From: Patescibacteria group bacterium
GTDB lineage: Bacteria; Patescibacteriota; Gracilibacteria; JAHISY01
Reading direction: 5' to 3'
Assembly: GCA_043812055.1 (NCBI GenBank)
Contig: JBDRMN010000058.1
Location: 184-64,183, forward strand
DNA length: 64,000 nt
A program made the position numbers and the translations under genes. Shown here piece after piece: positions 26,435-34,938 of this stretch. Every line of letters starts with the position of its first letter. The stretch's first letter is position 1. Below the pieces are notes generated by a model. That model did not search any database and was not told the DNA's origin. It was given only the letters and a program-made list of their open reading frames with translations.

Positions 26435-26587
26435 TTTTCAATTTTCAATTTCTAAACGATTTTTAATTAACCAATTTCTAAATTTTTAAACCCCAAACTA
26501 GTCATCTTGAGATGATCTTTAGTTTGAAAATTAGAATATTGAAACATTGGAAATCGTTTAGAAATTAGAAATTAGAAATTGAAAATT
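26433..26587. repeat. About 155-nt imperfect palindrome built from AATTTCT/AGAAATT words
   Basis: The arm AATTTTCAATTTTCAATTTCTAAACGATTT (26433-26462) pairs with AAATCGTTTAGAAATTAGAAATTAGAAATTGAAAATT (26551-26587). An inner hairpin lies at 26495-26526. Confidence 0.85.
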
Positions 26588-26591
26588 AACC

Positions 26592-27632
26592 TTGCCCTTC
26601 AGTAAAATTCGTAACGAAAAGACAACGCCCAAAATTGTTCTAGTAGGCAATTTTGGTGCAGGCAATGTTGGCGATGAATTAATTCTCGCGGGCTTCCTCA
26701 AAAAACTCACGCATGAGCTCAGTCGAGACCGCCACACTCGCAAGGCGCGGGTAACCGTGCTCGCTGCCAATCCCCAGAGCGTGCGCCGCTGGCACGGAGT
26801 CACCGCTTTGCCGACGCTTCCCTGTGGTTTACGAAGCTTCTTTCGCTGGAACTGGTGGCGCAGTATTCAGGAAATTAAGCATGCCGACCTGGTAATTTTT
26901 CCCGGAGGCGGATTATTCACCGACGAAGAAAGTTGGTTAGCTGTGTTGCTCTGGGGTCTCCATATCCTAGTCGCCCGTTACTTTTGGAAACCGGTTTACC
27001 TGCTCGGCCAATCCGTAGGGCCGCTAACTGGCGACCGGGCGAAACAATTCACCCGTTTTTGTCTGAAAAAAGTTGAATGGATCGCTCTGCGAGACAAGGC
27101 TAGCGAAACCGAGTTCAAGCAGCTTGGAGTCCCGGCCAAAAAAATTAAACAGGGCAAAGATTCGGCTTTTTGGTTAGCCGGCAAGCTGCCCAAAGTAAAA
27201 GCGCTGGAAAAACAGGGTAGATTGAAAATTTTGGTCTCAGTAAGAGACTATCCGAAAATCGAGGAAGAATTTTTTACGGAGCTTCAGCAAGCACTTGACC
27301 AGATTTCCGAGAAACTCCCGGCCCGAATTTACTTCGCTGAGTTCGGCCGGGGTGATGCGGCAAGCTGGAGGAGGGTCTGTCGCCAAGCCAAGCACACCAA
27401 GCTCTGGAGAGAAATTCCCCTGCGCGAAAGCGCCGAAAAAGTTTTGGCTGAAGTCAAAAAGTTCGATCTCGTGATTGGCATGCGTCTCCATTCTCTGATC
27501 GCCGCCGAGCTCACAGGCGTTCCCAGCATCGGGCTTAGCTACTCCCGCAAGATCACCGGCCTGCGAAAAGAAAGCCTGGCAATCGAAGGATTCAAAGCTG
27601 AGCAACTCCTAAAAATTCTGAACTTATTCTAA
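26592..27632 (+). CDS. Polysaccharide pyruvyl transferase family protein
   Basis: The N-terminal VGNFGAGNVGDELIL motif and the length fit the CsaB/WcaK-type family. TTG start. Confidence 0.65.
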   Translation: MPFSKIRNEKTTPKIVLVGNFGAGNVGDELILAGFLKKLTHELSRDRHTRKARVTVLAANPQSVRRWHGVTALPTLPCGLRSFFRWNWWRSIQEIKHADLVIFPGGGLFTDEESWLAVLLWGLHILVARYFWKPVYLLGQSVGPLTGDRAKQFTRFCLKKVEWIALRDKASETEFKQLGVPAKKIKQGKDSAFWLAGKLPKVKALEKQGRLKILVSVRDYPKIEEEFFTELQQALDQISEKLPARIYFAEFGRGDAASWRRVCRQAKHTKLWREIPLRESAEKVLAEVKKFDLVIGMRLHSLIAAELTGVPSIGLSYSRKITGLRKESLAIEGFKAEQLLKILNLF

Positions 27633-27661
27633 GCTCCGAACAAAAATTTCTGCACCAATAA

Positions 27662-27690
27662 GTAGGAACGCCCCGGCGGGGCGTTCCTAC
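27662..27690. terminator. Perfect 13-bp stem, 3-nt loop hairpin between convergent genes
   Basis: GTAGGAACGCCCC-GGC-GGGGCGTTCCTAC. There is no clean U-tract on either side, so a terminator role is inferred only from its position. Confidence 0.5.
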
Positions 27691-27700
27691 CTGTTCCCTG

Positions 27701-28105
27701 TCACTTCCACCACCAAAAAACCCGACCAATCCCACGCAGTTTATTTTTCTGATAAAACTTTTTGCTCCGAGCCAATGACCAGAGGAAAAAGCCCAACGCT
27801 TTGCGCCGGATCGAGAAGCCTTTGATCTTGCGCAGCAGCAACGAACCCACTCCCTTGCCCCGCAAACTTCGATCCACCGCGAGCTTCCGAACGTAAAGCA
27901 TTGATAAGATCCCCGCAATTCCCAGCAGCGCAAAGGAAAACGCTCCTGCGATTTTTTTGCGGCGGTGAAAGACCACAACCTTTTTCTCCCGAATCAGGTC
28001 TTTGATCTCACGGGGATCAAGCTTTTCATCAATTTCCCGAAAAAGTCGGGCAACCTTCTTTGTGTCGCGCTTCCGCGCAAAACGCATTTTAAACTTACGG
28101 AACAC
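27701..28105 (-). CDS. GNAT-family N-acetyltransferase
   Basis: The LAVDRSLRGKGVGSLLL motif (acetyl-CoA-binding Q/RxxGxG/A). Confidence 0.6.
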   Translation of the reverse strand: MFRKFKMRFARKRDTKKVARLFREIDEKLDPREIKDLIREKKVVVFHRRKKIAGAFSFALLGIAGILSMLYVRKLAVDRSLRGKGVGSLLLRKIKGFSIRRKALGFFLWSLARSKKFYQKNKLRGIGRVFWWWK

Positions 28106-28207
28106 ATCATCATTTTATACTCAATCTCAGCACTCCCAACAATCCCAACCAGATTCAACAACGCAAAGGCGTAAAAAACCCAAAGACCCAGAAACCTAAA
28201 AACCCAT

Positions 28208-29137
28208 CTATTTCTTATCTGCGATTTTTTCGAGTGCTCGTAACGCCTCAACCGGCAACATCCAGACTGTCGTATTCGACTGATCCGAACTTAGGTCATT
28301 CACTGACTGTAATGTACGCAGATGTAGGGCGCCCGGAGCCGCGGAAAGTGTGTTGGCCGCTTTGGCCATATTGTCCGCGGCAGAGACTTCACCCTGCGCC
28401 TTGATAATTACTGCTCGTTTCTCCCGCTCCGCCTCAGCCTCCTTACCCATTACGCGCTTCATTTCATCGTTGAGGACGATATCTTTGAGCTCCACGTTAC
28501 TCACATCAATCCCCCATGGATTGGTGGCTTCATCTACGATTGTCTTAATTTTTTTGGAGATCGCATCACGCTGCCCCAGCACATCATCGAGTGGGACTTC
28601 GCCAACTACGTTCCGCATCGTGGTTTGAGCAAGTTGTGCCGTCGCGTTGCGAAAATTCTCAACTTCGATCAATGCTTTGGCTGCGTCTTTCACTTTGTAA
28701 TAAATTACCGCATTGATCCGTACCGAAACATTATCTTTGGTCATCGCTTCCTGGTCCGGCACATCTACCGCCTTTACGCGAATATCGACTTTTGTCAGCG
28801 ATTGGAAAATTGGAATCACAATCCGCCAGCCCGGATCAACCGTCTTAGAATATTTTCCCAACGTAAAGAGAATCCCCCGCTCGTATTGATTGACCTGCCG
28901 GATAAAGATCACCAGCAGGATGATGATCAGCGGCAGGAGGCCGATGCCAGTGAAAAAAGGTGGTAGTTCAGACATATCAGAGAGGTTAATGGATTCTAAA
29001 AGTGGAGGGACTACATTTATGAGAATGATCGCCGCGATAAACCATTTGATTCCTTTACGGAACTTCTGACTACCCTCGGAGTCCTTATCCTTGAGACCAC
29101 GGAAAAACTTTTCGAGATCAGGTGCTTCGTTGGCCAT
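28208..29137 (-). CDS. SPFH/band-7 (stomatin/HflK-C-like) membrane protein
   Basis: An N-terminal TM segment followed by an SPFH domain (VNQYERGILFTLGKY...VDIRVKAVDVP...). Confidence 0.85.
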   Translation of the reverse strand: MANEAPDLEKFFRGLKDKDSEGSQKFRKGIKWFIAAIILINVVPPLLESINLSDMSELPPFFTGIGLLPLIIILLVIFIRQVNQYERGILFTLGKYSKTVDPGWRIVIPIFQSLTKVDIRVKAVDVPDQEAMTKDNVSVRINAVIYYKVKDAAKALIEVENFRNATAQLAQTTMRNVVGEVPLDDVLGQRDAISKKIKTIVDEATNPWGIDVSNVELKDIVLNDEMKRVMGKEAEAEREKRAVIIKAQGEVSAADNMAKAANTLSAAPGALHLRTLQSVNDLSSDQSNTTVWMLPVEALRALEKIADKK

Positions 29138-29143
29138 TGACGC

Positions 29144-29458
29144 TTAGAGTGCTTTATCCAACTCTTCAACTATTTTATCCTTGCCCACGGCCCCGGTGAG
29201 TGAGCCAACCTCTTGGCCGTCTTTGAGAATCTTGAAAGTCGGAATGCTCATCACGCCAAACTTCTGAGCAGTCTCCGGATTCTCATCAATATTGAGCTTG
29301 CCGACTTTGGCCTTACTTTTGTAATCCTTAGTAATTTCCTCGACCACCGGCATCATCGCCAGACAGGGCCCGCACCACGGTGCCCAAAAATCAACGAGGA
29401 CAACTCCGGAGGAGGTTTCGGCTTTGAAATTGTCATTATTCAGAGTGACTTCAGCCAT
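29144..29458 (-). CDS. trxA: Thioredoxin
   Basis: 104 aa with the FWAPWCGPC active site. Confidence 0.9.
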   Translation of the reverse strand: MAEVTLNNDNFKAETSSGVVLVDFWAPWCGPCLAMMPVVEEITKDYKSKAKVGKLNIDENPETAQKFGVMSIPTFKILKDGQEVGSLTGAVGKDKIVEELDKAL

Positions 29459-29542
29459 TGTCAGAAAGTTAAAGAGATTTTGATTTTAGGTACTCCTAAT
29501 CGGATTTTCAAACAGAGCCAAGATTAAGGATTAAGAAAATAG

Positions 29543-29591
29543 CATACTACAAAATGGCGTAAGTTTGCGCTATTTTGTAGTATGAATTTGG
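29543..29591. repeat. Conserved AT-rich hairpin element (copy 1)
   Basis: CATACTACAAAATGGCGTAAGTTTGCGCTATTTTGTAGTATGAATTTGG. About 41/49 identical to 48594-48643. Confidence 0.85.
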
Positions 29592-29597
29592 AGTGTG

Positions 29598-29638
29598 TTT
29601 GTCCGCCGTAGTTCCGAACACGCAGAACGAAGGTGGGA
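29598..29638 (+). repeat. Type-B hairpin unit
   Basis: TTTGTCCGCCGTAGTTCCGAACACGCAGAACGAAGGTGGGA. Shares the exact 15-mer TTGTCCGCCGTAGTT with 50359-50373 inside dnaX. Confidence 0.85.
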
Positions 29639-29647
29639 TGATTGGAT

Positions 29648-29675
29648 GTAGAAACGTTGCGCGCAACGTTTCTAC
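29648..29675. repeat. Perfect 28-nt palindrome
   Basis: GTAGAAACGTTGCG/CGCAACGTTTCTAC. Confidence 0.9.
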
Positions 29676-29733
29676 GCACACCTGTCCCCTAATTTCTGAA
29701 AACTCCTGTTCCCTGAAACCTGTTCCCTGTCCC

Positions 29734-30591
29734 CTAATTTCTAGCCTTATAAAAAATCTTCCCCCGTACCCGCAAATCAATATACTCATAACGCTGACTG
29801 CCAATCCGCAAAACATCCGCCGCTTCGACAAGTTTATTCAGCTGAACCCGGTAGTCCTGAGTAAAATCGAGCCAGACATCGAAATTCTTCTCACTTTTCA
29901 GGTGCAGCTCTCGCGCGACCGGGAAATACTTCACATTGAGCACCCGGAAGTCCGTGAGCGATTCGAAGTAAAACACGGCATCGCGGATAAAGCTCAAGTG
30001 CGTCACTGAAATCACCGGGCGGGTCGGATCCTCCAAATCAACTGTCTCACCCTCGCCGAGATGCAAACGTAAGGTATCCCGATCCGGAGTATCCCCGACG
30101 ACCTGGTGACCGTTTTCGTTGATAAAGACCGACTCCGTACCAATCCGCAGCTCCGCCACAATCGGGAATTTAAAAACCTCCACGGCGATTTCCCGGGGAT
30201 ACTTCTTGCGAATGCGAACGTGTGCGATATCCGGTCGCATCTCTCGTACTGCTGTATCCACCTCCAAGCGGTCGATTGAAAAAATATTTTTACCCAAGAC
30301 CCGCTCACGCACAGCCAGCTCAATTTCCTTGAGGGGTAGATCGAGACTACTACGGGCCACCGAAACTTTCGTAACGTCGAAAAACCCGGAGAAGTGGGTG
30401 AAGCCAATGAGGGCACCCCCCGATATCACGACAATCACGAGAAGGATTTTTTGACGCAGAGTGAGCAAATCCTTTAAGCGTTTCTGTCCCCGAAAAATAC
30501 GCGCTTCGAGATGAGCCTGGCGACGCCGGCGAAAAACCCGTGCCCAGAGCCGCTTAACTCTGCGCTGCCGAAAAGAAGGGACTGGACTCAC
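29734..30591 (-). CDS. ftsQ: FtsQ-like cell division protein (TM plus POTRA)
   Basis: A basic N-terminus, one TM helix, then FFDVTKVSVARSS...LGKNIFSIDRLEV (POTRA_FtsQ pattern). Confidence 0.65.
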   Translation of the reverse strand: MSPVPSFRQRRVKRLWARVFRRRRQAHLEARIFRGQKRLKDLLTLRQKILLVIVVISGGALIGFTHFSGFFDVTKVSVARSSLDLPLKEIELAVRERVLGKNIFSIDRLEVDTAVREMRPDIAHVRIRKKYPREIAVEVFKFPIVAELRIGTESVFINENGHQVVGDTPDRDTLRLHLGEGETVDLEDPTRPVISVTHLSFIRDAVFYFESLTDFRVLNVKYFPVARELHLKSEKNFDVWLDFTQDYRVQLNKLVEAADVLRIGSQRYEYIDLRVRGKIFYKARN

Positions 30592-30634
30592 CTGCGCATT
30601 TTATACTACCCTCAGCCGAAAAAGTGACTGCGCC

Positions 30635-32734
30635 CTAACAGGACAGCGTCTCGAACTTTTGCGGAATTGCCAAGATAAAACCTTTACCGTAGTCCCGGGG
30701 TGAGTCGAGCAGACGGGGATCCAGGGAAATGAATTTCCTCGCTTCAGGCAGAGTGGCGAAATCCGCCCACATTTTTTTGAAACGCAGCATCGTGACGGGC
30801 AGAGTCTCACTGCCGAAATCAGCACCATCCCGAACGAAGAACGGCAGTTTTACCAACACAAAGTTGTGCGTGGCAATCGGCAGTAAGCGGCTACCCGGCG
30901 TGAGCAGCACGACCGCCCTGTCAAATTCAGCTAATTGTTCATTACTTGGAATCTTGCGGAAGAAAACGGGCAGCCCGGTCTCAGCAGCCGCTCGCTCAGC
31001 AAAGGTGCCAGCCTCCAGTCGATTTGGAAAGACAACGACCGTGAGGCCATCAAGATCAATCAAGAGTTTTAGCAAAGTTTTGGTAGCCGCTGGTATGAAC
31101 TTAGGAGTGTTGGCCTTGGGTAGACCCTCCCCTACGATAAACTGAGGCAACTCCCCCTCCGTTGGTAGTTTCTCAGCAGGTAGCTCTTCGGGAATCCGGA
31201 GGGTTTTGCGAACAAACGCAAAATTATCATTCGCATCGAGAGCGGCATCGAGCAGGATTGCGTTTGTGAGATCCGGCATTTCAGAAGTCACCGGTTCAAG
31301 CACAAGTGTGATCTCATTCAAGGCGTTAATGCGCAGTGTGCGTTGAAAGTCCGGGCTATCTCCCAGGAAGTTCTCCAAAGCCTGGCTCAGTCGGGGCGGC
31401 AAATCTGCTCGCGCGGCAGCCAGAAAACTGCGACCGGCCTCGATTGCTTTTTGGTAACTTGCCTGTCCTTGCAATTCTGCGAGATTCAAACGACCAAACT
31501 GTGGAGCAGCTTCGCGAATCAAGAGCCCCAGCAAACCCCACCAGATTGAAACTTTCTCAGCATGCTGTGAGACAAGAGTTTCGAGAGTGATCAAGTCGAG
31601 TATGAGTGTTTGAGCTCGGGTAAGGTTCTCGGGCAACGTAGCAGCGTCGGCAATAATCGTCAGCCGTGTAGAATCTAATAATTTCGGCAAGCTGGCGTGG
31701 TCGGAAGTCAGTACCTTGCTCTCTGGAAGCTGAACCTCCCCTCTTCGACCCACCCAGTCAAAGAGCAGCCCCTCCGGGCGTGTCAGGTTAAGCTCATGTG
31801 AGTTCGCACCAGTATGCAAGATTAGTTTTGCCGCCAAGGATGTTTCGGCCGAGCTGAGCTCTTGAGCTAGGAACTTGGTCAATTTCTCAGGATCAACTTG
31901 AGCTGTTGCCGAGAAAATTTGTTCTCCGGGAGCAGCCCGGGCAGAGAAATTACTGCCGAAAAAAATTGTGGCTGGCTGCTCCAACGCCTCCACCGTTGTG
32001 ACCAACTCTGGGGCTGATACCATCACCTCAAGCAGGGCGGGAGTGTGCACCGAAAGCGCCTTCAGTTTTTCAAGTAGTTTTGGGTTAGAAACAGCCTGCT
32101 CAGTCTTGACGGGAGCCGGAAAATCCTTTTTCTCGAAATTAGGATTAGCGAGAACTAATCTGGCGAAGCTTTGCACCCAGCTCTCTTCCGTAGATTTCAA
32201 ATCAGCAATTTGTTGCCAGCCTGCTTGCGAAAAGTTCTGGGCCAGCCCCAGGAAGGCCCGCAACAAATCTCTGGTTGCCTCGGCATCGGCCAGGGCCCGG
32301 TGAGCTTCGCTATGCGCAACACCGAATCGTGCTGCCAAGTTCATCAACGAGAGACCTTCCCCGCGCGGGAGCAGGAGACCGGCCAGCTGAAAGGTGTCGA
32401 GCTGTGGCTGACTGCTCAGATCCAGCCCGGCGCTGGCCAGAAAATCAATATCGAACTGCAGATTGTGGCCAACAAGAATCGCGTCACGACAGAATTCAGC
32501 AAATTCCGTCTGCTTTCCCGAGAACTTCGGAGCGTTCTCGAGATCCGCATTGGAGATCCCTGTGAGCTGCTCGACGAACTGCGGGATGCGCGTGGGTGAG
32601 TGAAAGAGCGAGTCGAAGGAAGCCTCGTCGGTTAAGATCGAAAACTTGACGGCACCCAGCTCAATCAGGTTATCCTTTTCCGAGTTGAGGCCGGTTGTTT
32701 CGCAATCTAAAGCCACAAAATTGATCCGCTGCAT
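30635..32734 (-). CDS. DnaQ-type 3'-5' exonuclease fused to a DinG-like helicase-derived domain lacking Walker A
   Basis: The N-terminus carries FVALDCETTGL, VGHNLQFDIDFL and HRALADAEAT (DEDDh). The C-terminus resembles the DinG C-terminal lobe (VVLLTPGS...VLVKLPFF). There is no GxxxxGK[ST] anywhere in the 699 aa. Confidence 0.7.
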   Translation of the reverse strand: MQRINFVALDCETTGLNSEKDNLIELGAVKFSILTDEASFDSLFHSPTRIPQFVEQLTGISNADLENAPKFSGKQTEFAEFCRDAILVGHNLQFDIDFLASAGLDLSSQPQLDTFQLAGLLLPRGEGLSLMNLAARFGVAHSEAHRALADAEATRDLLRAFLGLAQNFSQAGWQQIADLKSTEESWVQSFARLVLANPNFEKKDFPAPVKTEQAVSNPKLLEKLKALSVHTPALLEVMVSAPELVTTVEALEQPATIFFGSNFSARAAPGEQIFSATAQVDPEKLTKFLAQELSSAETSLAAKLILHTGANSHELNLTRPEGLLFDWVGRRGEVQLPESKVLTSDHASLPKLLDSTRLTIIADAATLPENLTRAQTLILDLITLETLVSQHAEKVSIWWGLLGLLIREAAPQFGRLNLAELQGQASYQKAIEAGRSFLAAARADLPPRLSQALENFLGDSPDFQRTLRINALNEITLVLEPVTSEMPDLTNAILLDAALDANDNFAFVRKTLRIPEELPAEKLPTEGELPQFIVGEGLPKANTPKFIPAATKTLLKLLIDLDGLTVVVFPNRLEAGTFAERAAAETGLPVFFRKIPSNEQLAEFDRAVVLLTPGSRLLPIATHNFVLVKLPFFVRDGADFGSETLPVTMLRFKKMWADFATLPEARKFISLDPRLLDSPRDYGKGFILAIPQKFETLSC

Positions 32735-32911
32735 AAAATTTTTATTAGTCTATAGAAATAATTTTGAAGTCAATCGGCAAGCCGGTTTTGTCTATTTTGC
32801 GACTCCAAAAGGGGGGGGTCAATGGCAATCCGAGAAATTCTTTTGTAAGTTGAAGTTCCCAAGCGAGTTCTCTCACTCAACCCAAAATCTCAGATCCTTA
32901 ATCTCCCTGAC

Positions 32912-34330
32912 TTGGATTGTAAAAATCTCTGGATTTCGATTCTCCGCCGTCTGGAACCGACCATTGCTCGGGCTAAATTTTTGACTTGGTTTCAAAACAC
33001 CACCATCCTCGACATCGCGGGAGAGACACTCGTGGTCGGTGCTCCGACTACTTTCGCCCGTGACTGGATTGCCAACAAATACGCTCTCAAAATTCTCCAA
33101 GCCGCCGAAGAGGAAAATCCTCAGATCAAAGAAGTTGAGTTCGCAGTCGATGCCGCACTCGGTGACGGCATCGACCCTCGCACGATTGATATCAAGGCTG
33201 TCTTTGCCAAGCCCGGAGACAAAAAAATCTACAAAGTTCGCGGTCGCGAGGAAGTTTTCGTCACCAATTCTGGGATCCTCTCCGCCAAGCTCAACCCACG
33301 CTACACGCTGGCCAACTTCGTACCTGGTGAAGAAAACCGCCTCGCTCACGCCGCAGCACTTTCTGTTTCCCGGACTCCCGGGATGACTTACAATCCCCTC
33401 GTGATTTACGGCGGAGTGGGGCTGGGCAAGACCCACCTCCTCTCCGCAATCGGACACGAGGTCCTCGCCAACAACCCCAACAAGGTTATCGCACTCACGA
33501 CTGCCGAGATTTTTACCCGTGAGTTTGTCGCTGCTGCCAAGGCATTGCGGGCAGATGAATTCAAAAAGAAGTATCGCGACATCGATGTTTTCCTCTTCGA
33601 CGACGTCCAATTTCTCGAAAACCGAGATAAGACTCAGGCTGAACTCTTCAATATCTTCAACGAGCTGCACAATAGCGGCAAACAAATCGTCCTCAGCTCT
33701 GACCGCCCTCCCAGTGAGCTGACCGAAATCATGGACCGTCTGCGTAACCGCCTTACCTGGGGTCTGGTTGCCGAGATCGAGCAGCCCAGCTTCCAGTCCC
33801 GTTTGGAAATTCTCAAAAACAAAACTCAGGAGCGTCGGGTAATCCTCGATCCCGAGCTTCTGGAATTTATCGCGATGAATGTCACTGAATCCGTACGCGA
33901 GCTCGAAAGCGCTCTCCATTGGTCCATCGCCCAAACCGAGCTCCTCCACACTCAACCAACCATCCGTGAGCTGGGCCGCATGCTTGGGAAAATCAATAAA
34001 AAGGAACGCATACTTGGTCTCCCTGAGTCCGCTACGGAGGTTTCAGTCAGGACTCCTGCTGAATTGGTTGAGCTTGTTTCTAAATACTTTCAATTGCCCG
34101 TAGCGGAAATCTGTGGAGCCTCCCGCAAAAAAGAATTCCGCACCGCCCGTCAGATCGTCATGTATCTTTCCCGCGAAGTGCTCGGTTGTGGCTTGGCCGA
34201 AATCGCCCAGAACTTCGACCGCGATCACAGCACCGTCCTGCATTCCTGCCGTCGCATCACTGCCGCGCTCCAAAAAGACGAGGCTCTCGTCCGGCATGTG
34301 AATGCGGTCAAGAAAGAGATGGGACTGTAA
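32912..34330 (+). CDS. dnaA: Chromosomal replication initiator DnaA
   Basis: NPLVIYGGVGLGKTHLL, FLFDDVQFL and a C-terminal DNA-binding domain (RQIVMYLSRE...DHSTVLH). TTG start. Confidence 0.93.
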   Translation: MDCKNLWISILRRLEPTIARAKFLTWFQNTTILDIAGETLVVGAPTTFARDWIANKYALKILQAAEEENPQIKEVEFAVDAALGDGIDPRTIDIKAVFAKPGDKKIYKVRGREEVFVTNSGILSAKLNPRYTLANFVPGEENRLAHAAALSVSRTPGMTYNPLVIYGGVGLGKTHLLSAIGHEVLANNPNKVIALTTAEIFTREFVAAAKALRADEFKKKYRDIDVFLFDDVQFLENRDKTQAELFNIFNELHNSGKQIVLSSDRPPSELTEIMDRLRNRLTWGLVAEIEQPSFQSRLEILKNKTQERRVILDPELLEFIAMNVTESVRELESALHWSIAQTELLHTQPTIRELGRMLGKINKKERILGLPESATEVSVRTPAELVELVSKYFQLPVAEICGASRKKEFRTARQIVMYLSREVLGCGLAEIAQNFDRDHSTVLHSCRRITAALQKDEALVRHVNAVKKEMGL

Positions 34331-34354
34331 AATACAGTTGCAACTAAAAGCATA

Positions 34355-34594
34355 TTGATAAAGACTTTCGTTCTTGACTATGTAATTATGAAACCACCAA
34401 AAGAAAATATCACTAGAGCACACAGTTTGATTCCTGAAGATTCTAATCGCCTAGAAGAAATCTTTAAATCTACTCGCAGAGGAGTGCAGCCAGTACTAAA
34501 TCCAGAGATAAATGGAACTGGTGCTGTAGTTGACCGAATCTGGAAGCTTAGAGGGACGGCTAAGAGAAATGGACCAACATTGCTGCCAAAATAA
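34355..34594 (+). CDS. Possible small ORF (79 aa), AT-rich, unknown
   Basis: ORF only. No domain recognised, and the start codon is uncertain. Confidence 0.25.
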   Translation: MIKTFVLDYVIMKPPKENITRAHSLIPEDSNRLEEIFKSTRRGVQPVLNPEINGTGAVVDRIWKLRGTAKRNGPTLLPK

Positions 34595-34724
34595 TAGGAT
34601 AAATCATTGTTTTTTCTCCTGCATCCGTTTAAAATCCTCCGGCTATTTAGCTAGGGGTTGTTTCCCTTAAGCACTTGAAGGCTAGTCCCTAGAACCTGGT
34701 AGGAATAGTAGAACAAGAGAATAA

Positions 34725-34925
34725 TAGGATTAAGGATACAGGATTAAGAATTAAGAACCCTTCATTGTCGACGCTCCTCAGAGCAAGTAGCTCAGTTCCG
34801 GCGAAAACGAGATAACGATTCGCCAACTAACCAATTAACTAAATAACCAAGTAACCGAACATCCGAACCAGGAACTTAAAGACCAAATCCTAACCACTAA
34901 CTACTAATTACTAACTACTCCCTAC
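34725..34925. repeat. Composite intergenic word element, homologous in layout to 11812-11975
   Basis: GGATTAAGGATACAGGATTAAGAATTAAG (34727-34755), then a hairpin-like segment (34764-34810), then TAACCAA/TAACTAA words. Confidence 0.8.
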
Positions 34926-34938
34926 CCCCTTACCCTAA

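Noticed and set aside
29547-30009. ORFs 29547-29831 (minus) and 29593-30009 (plus)
   Set aside because: Both are read through hairpin repeats and word arrays or lie antisense to ftsQ, and their translations are repeat artefacts.
32873-33955. 360-aa ORF on the minus strand
   Set aside because: It lies entirely antisense to dnaA, whose frame carries unmistakable AAA+ and DNA-binding motifs. It is a shadow ORF of GC-rich coding sequence.
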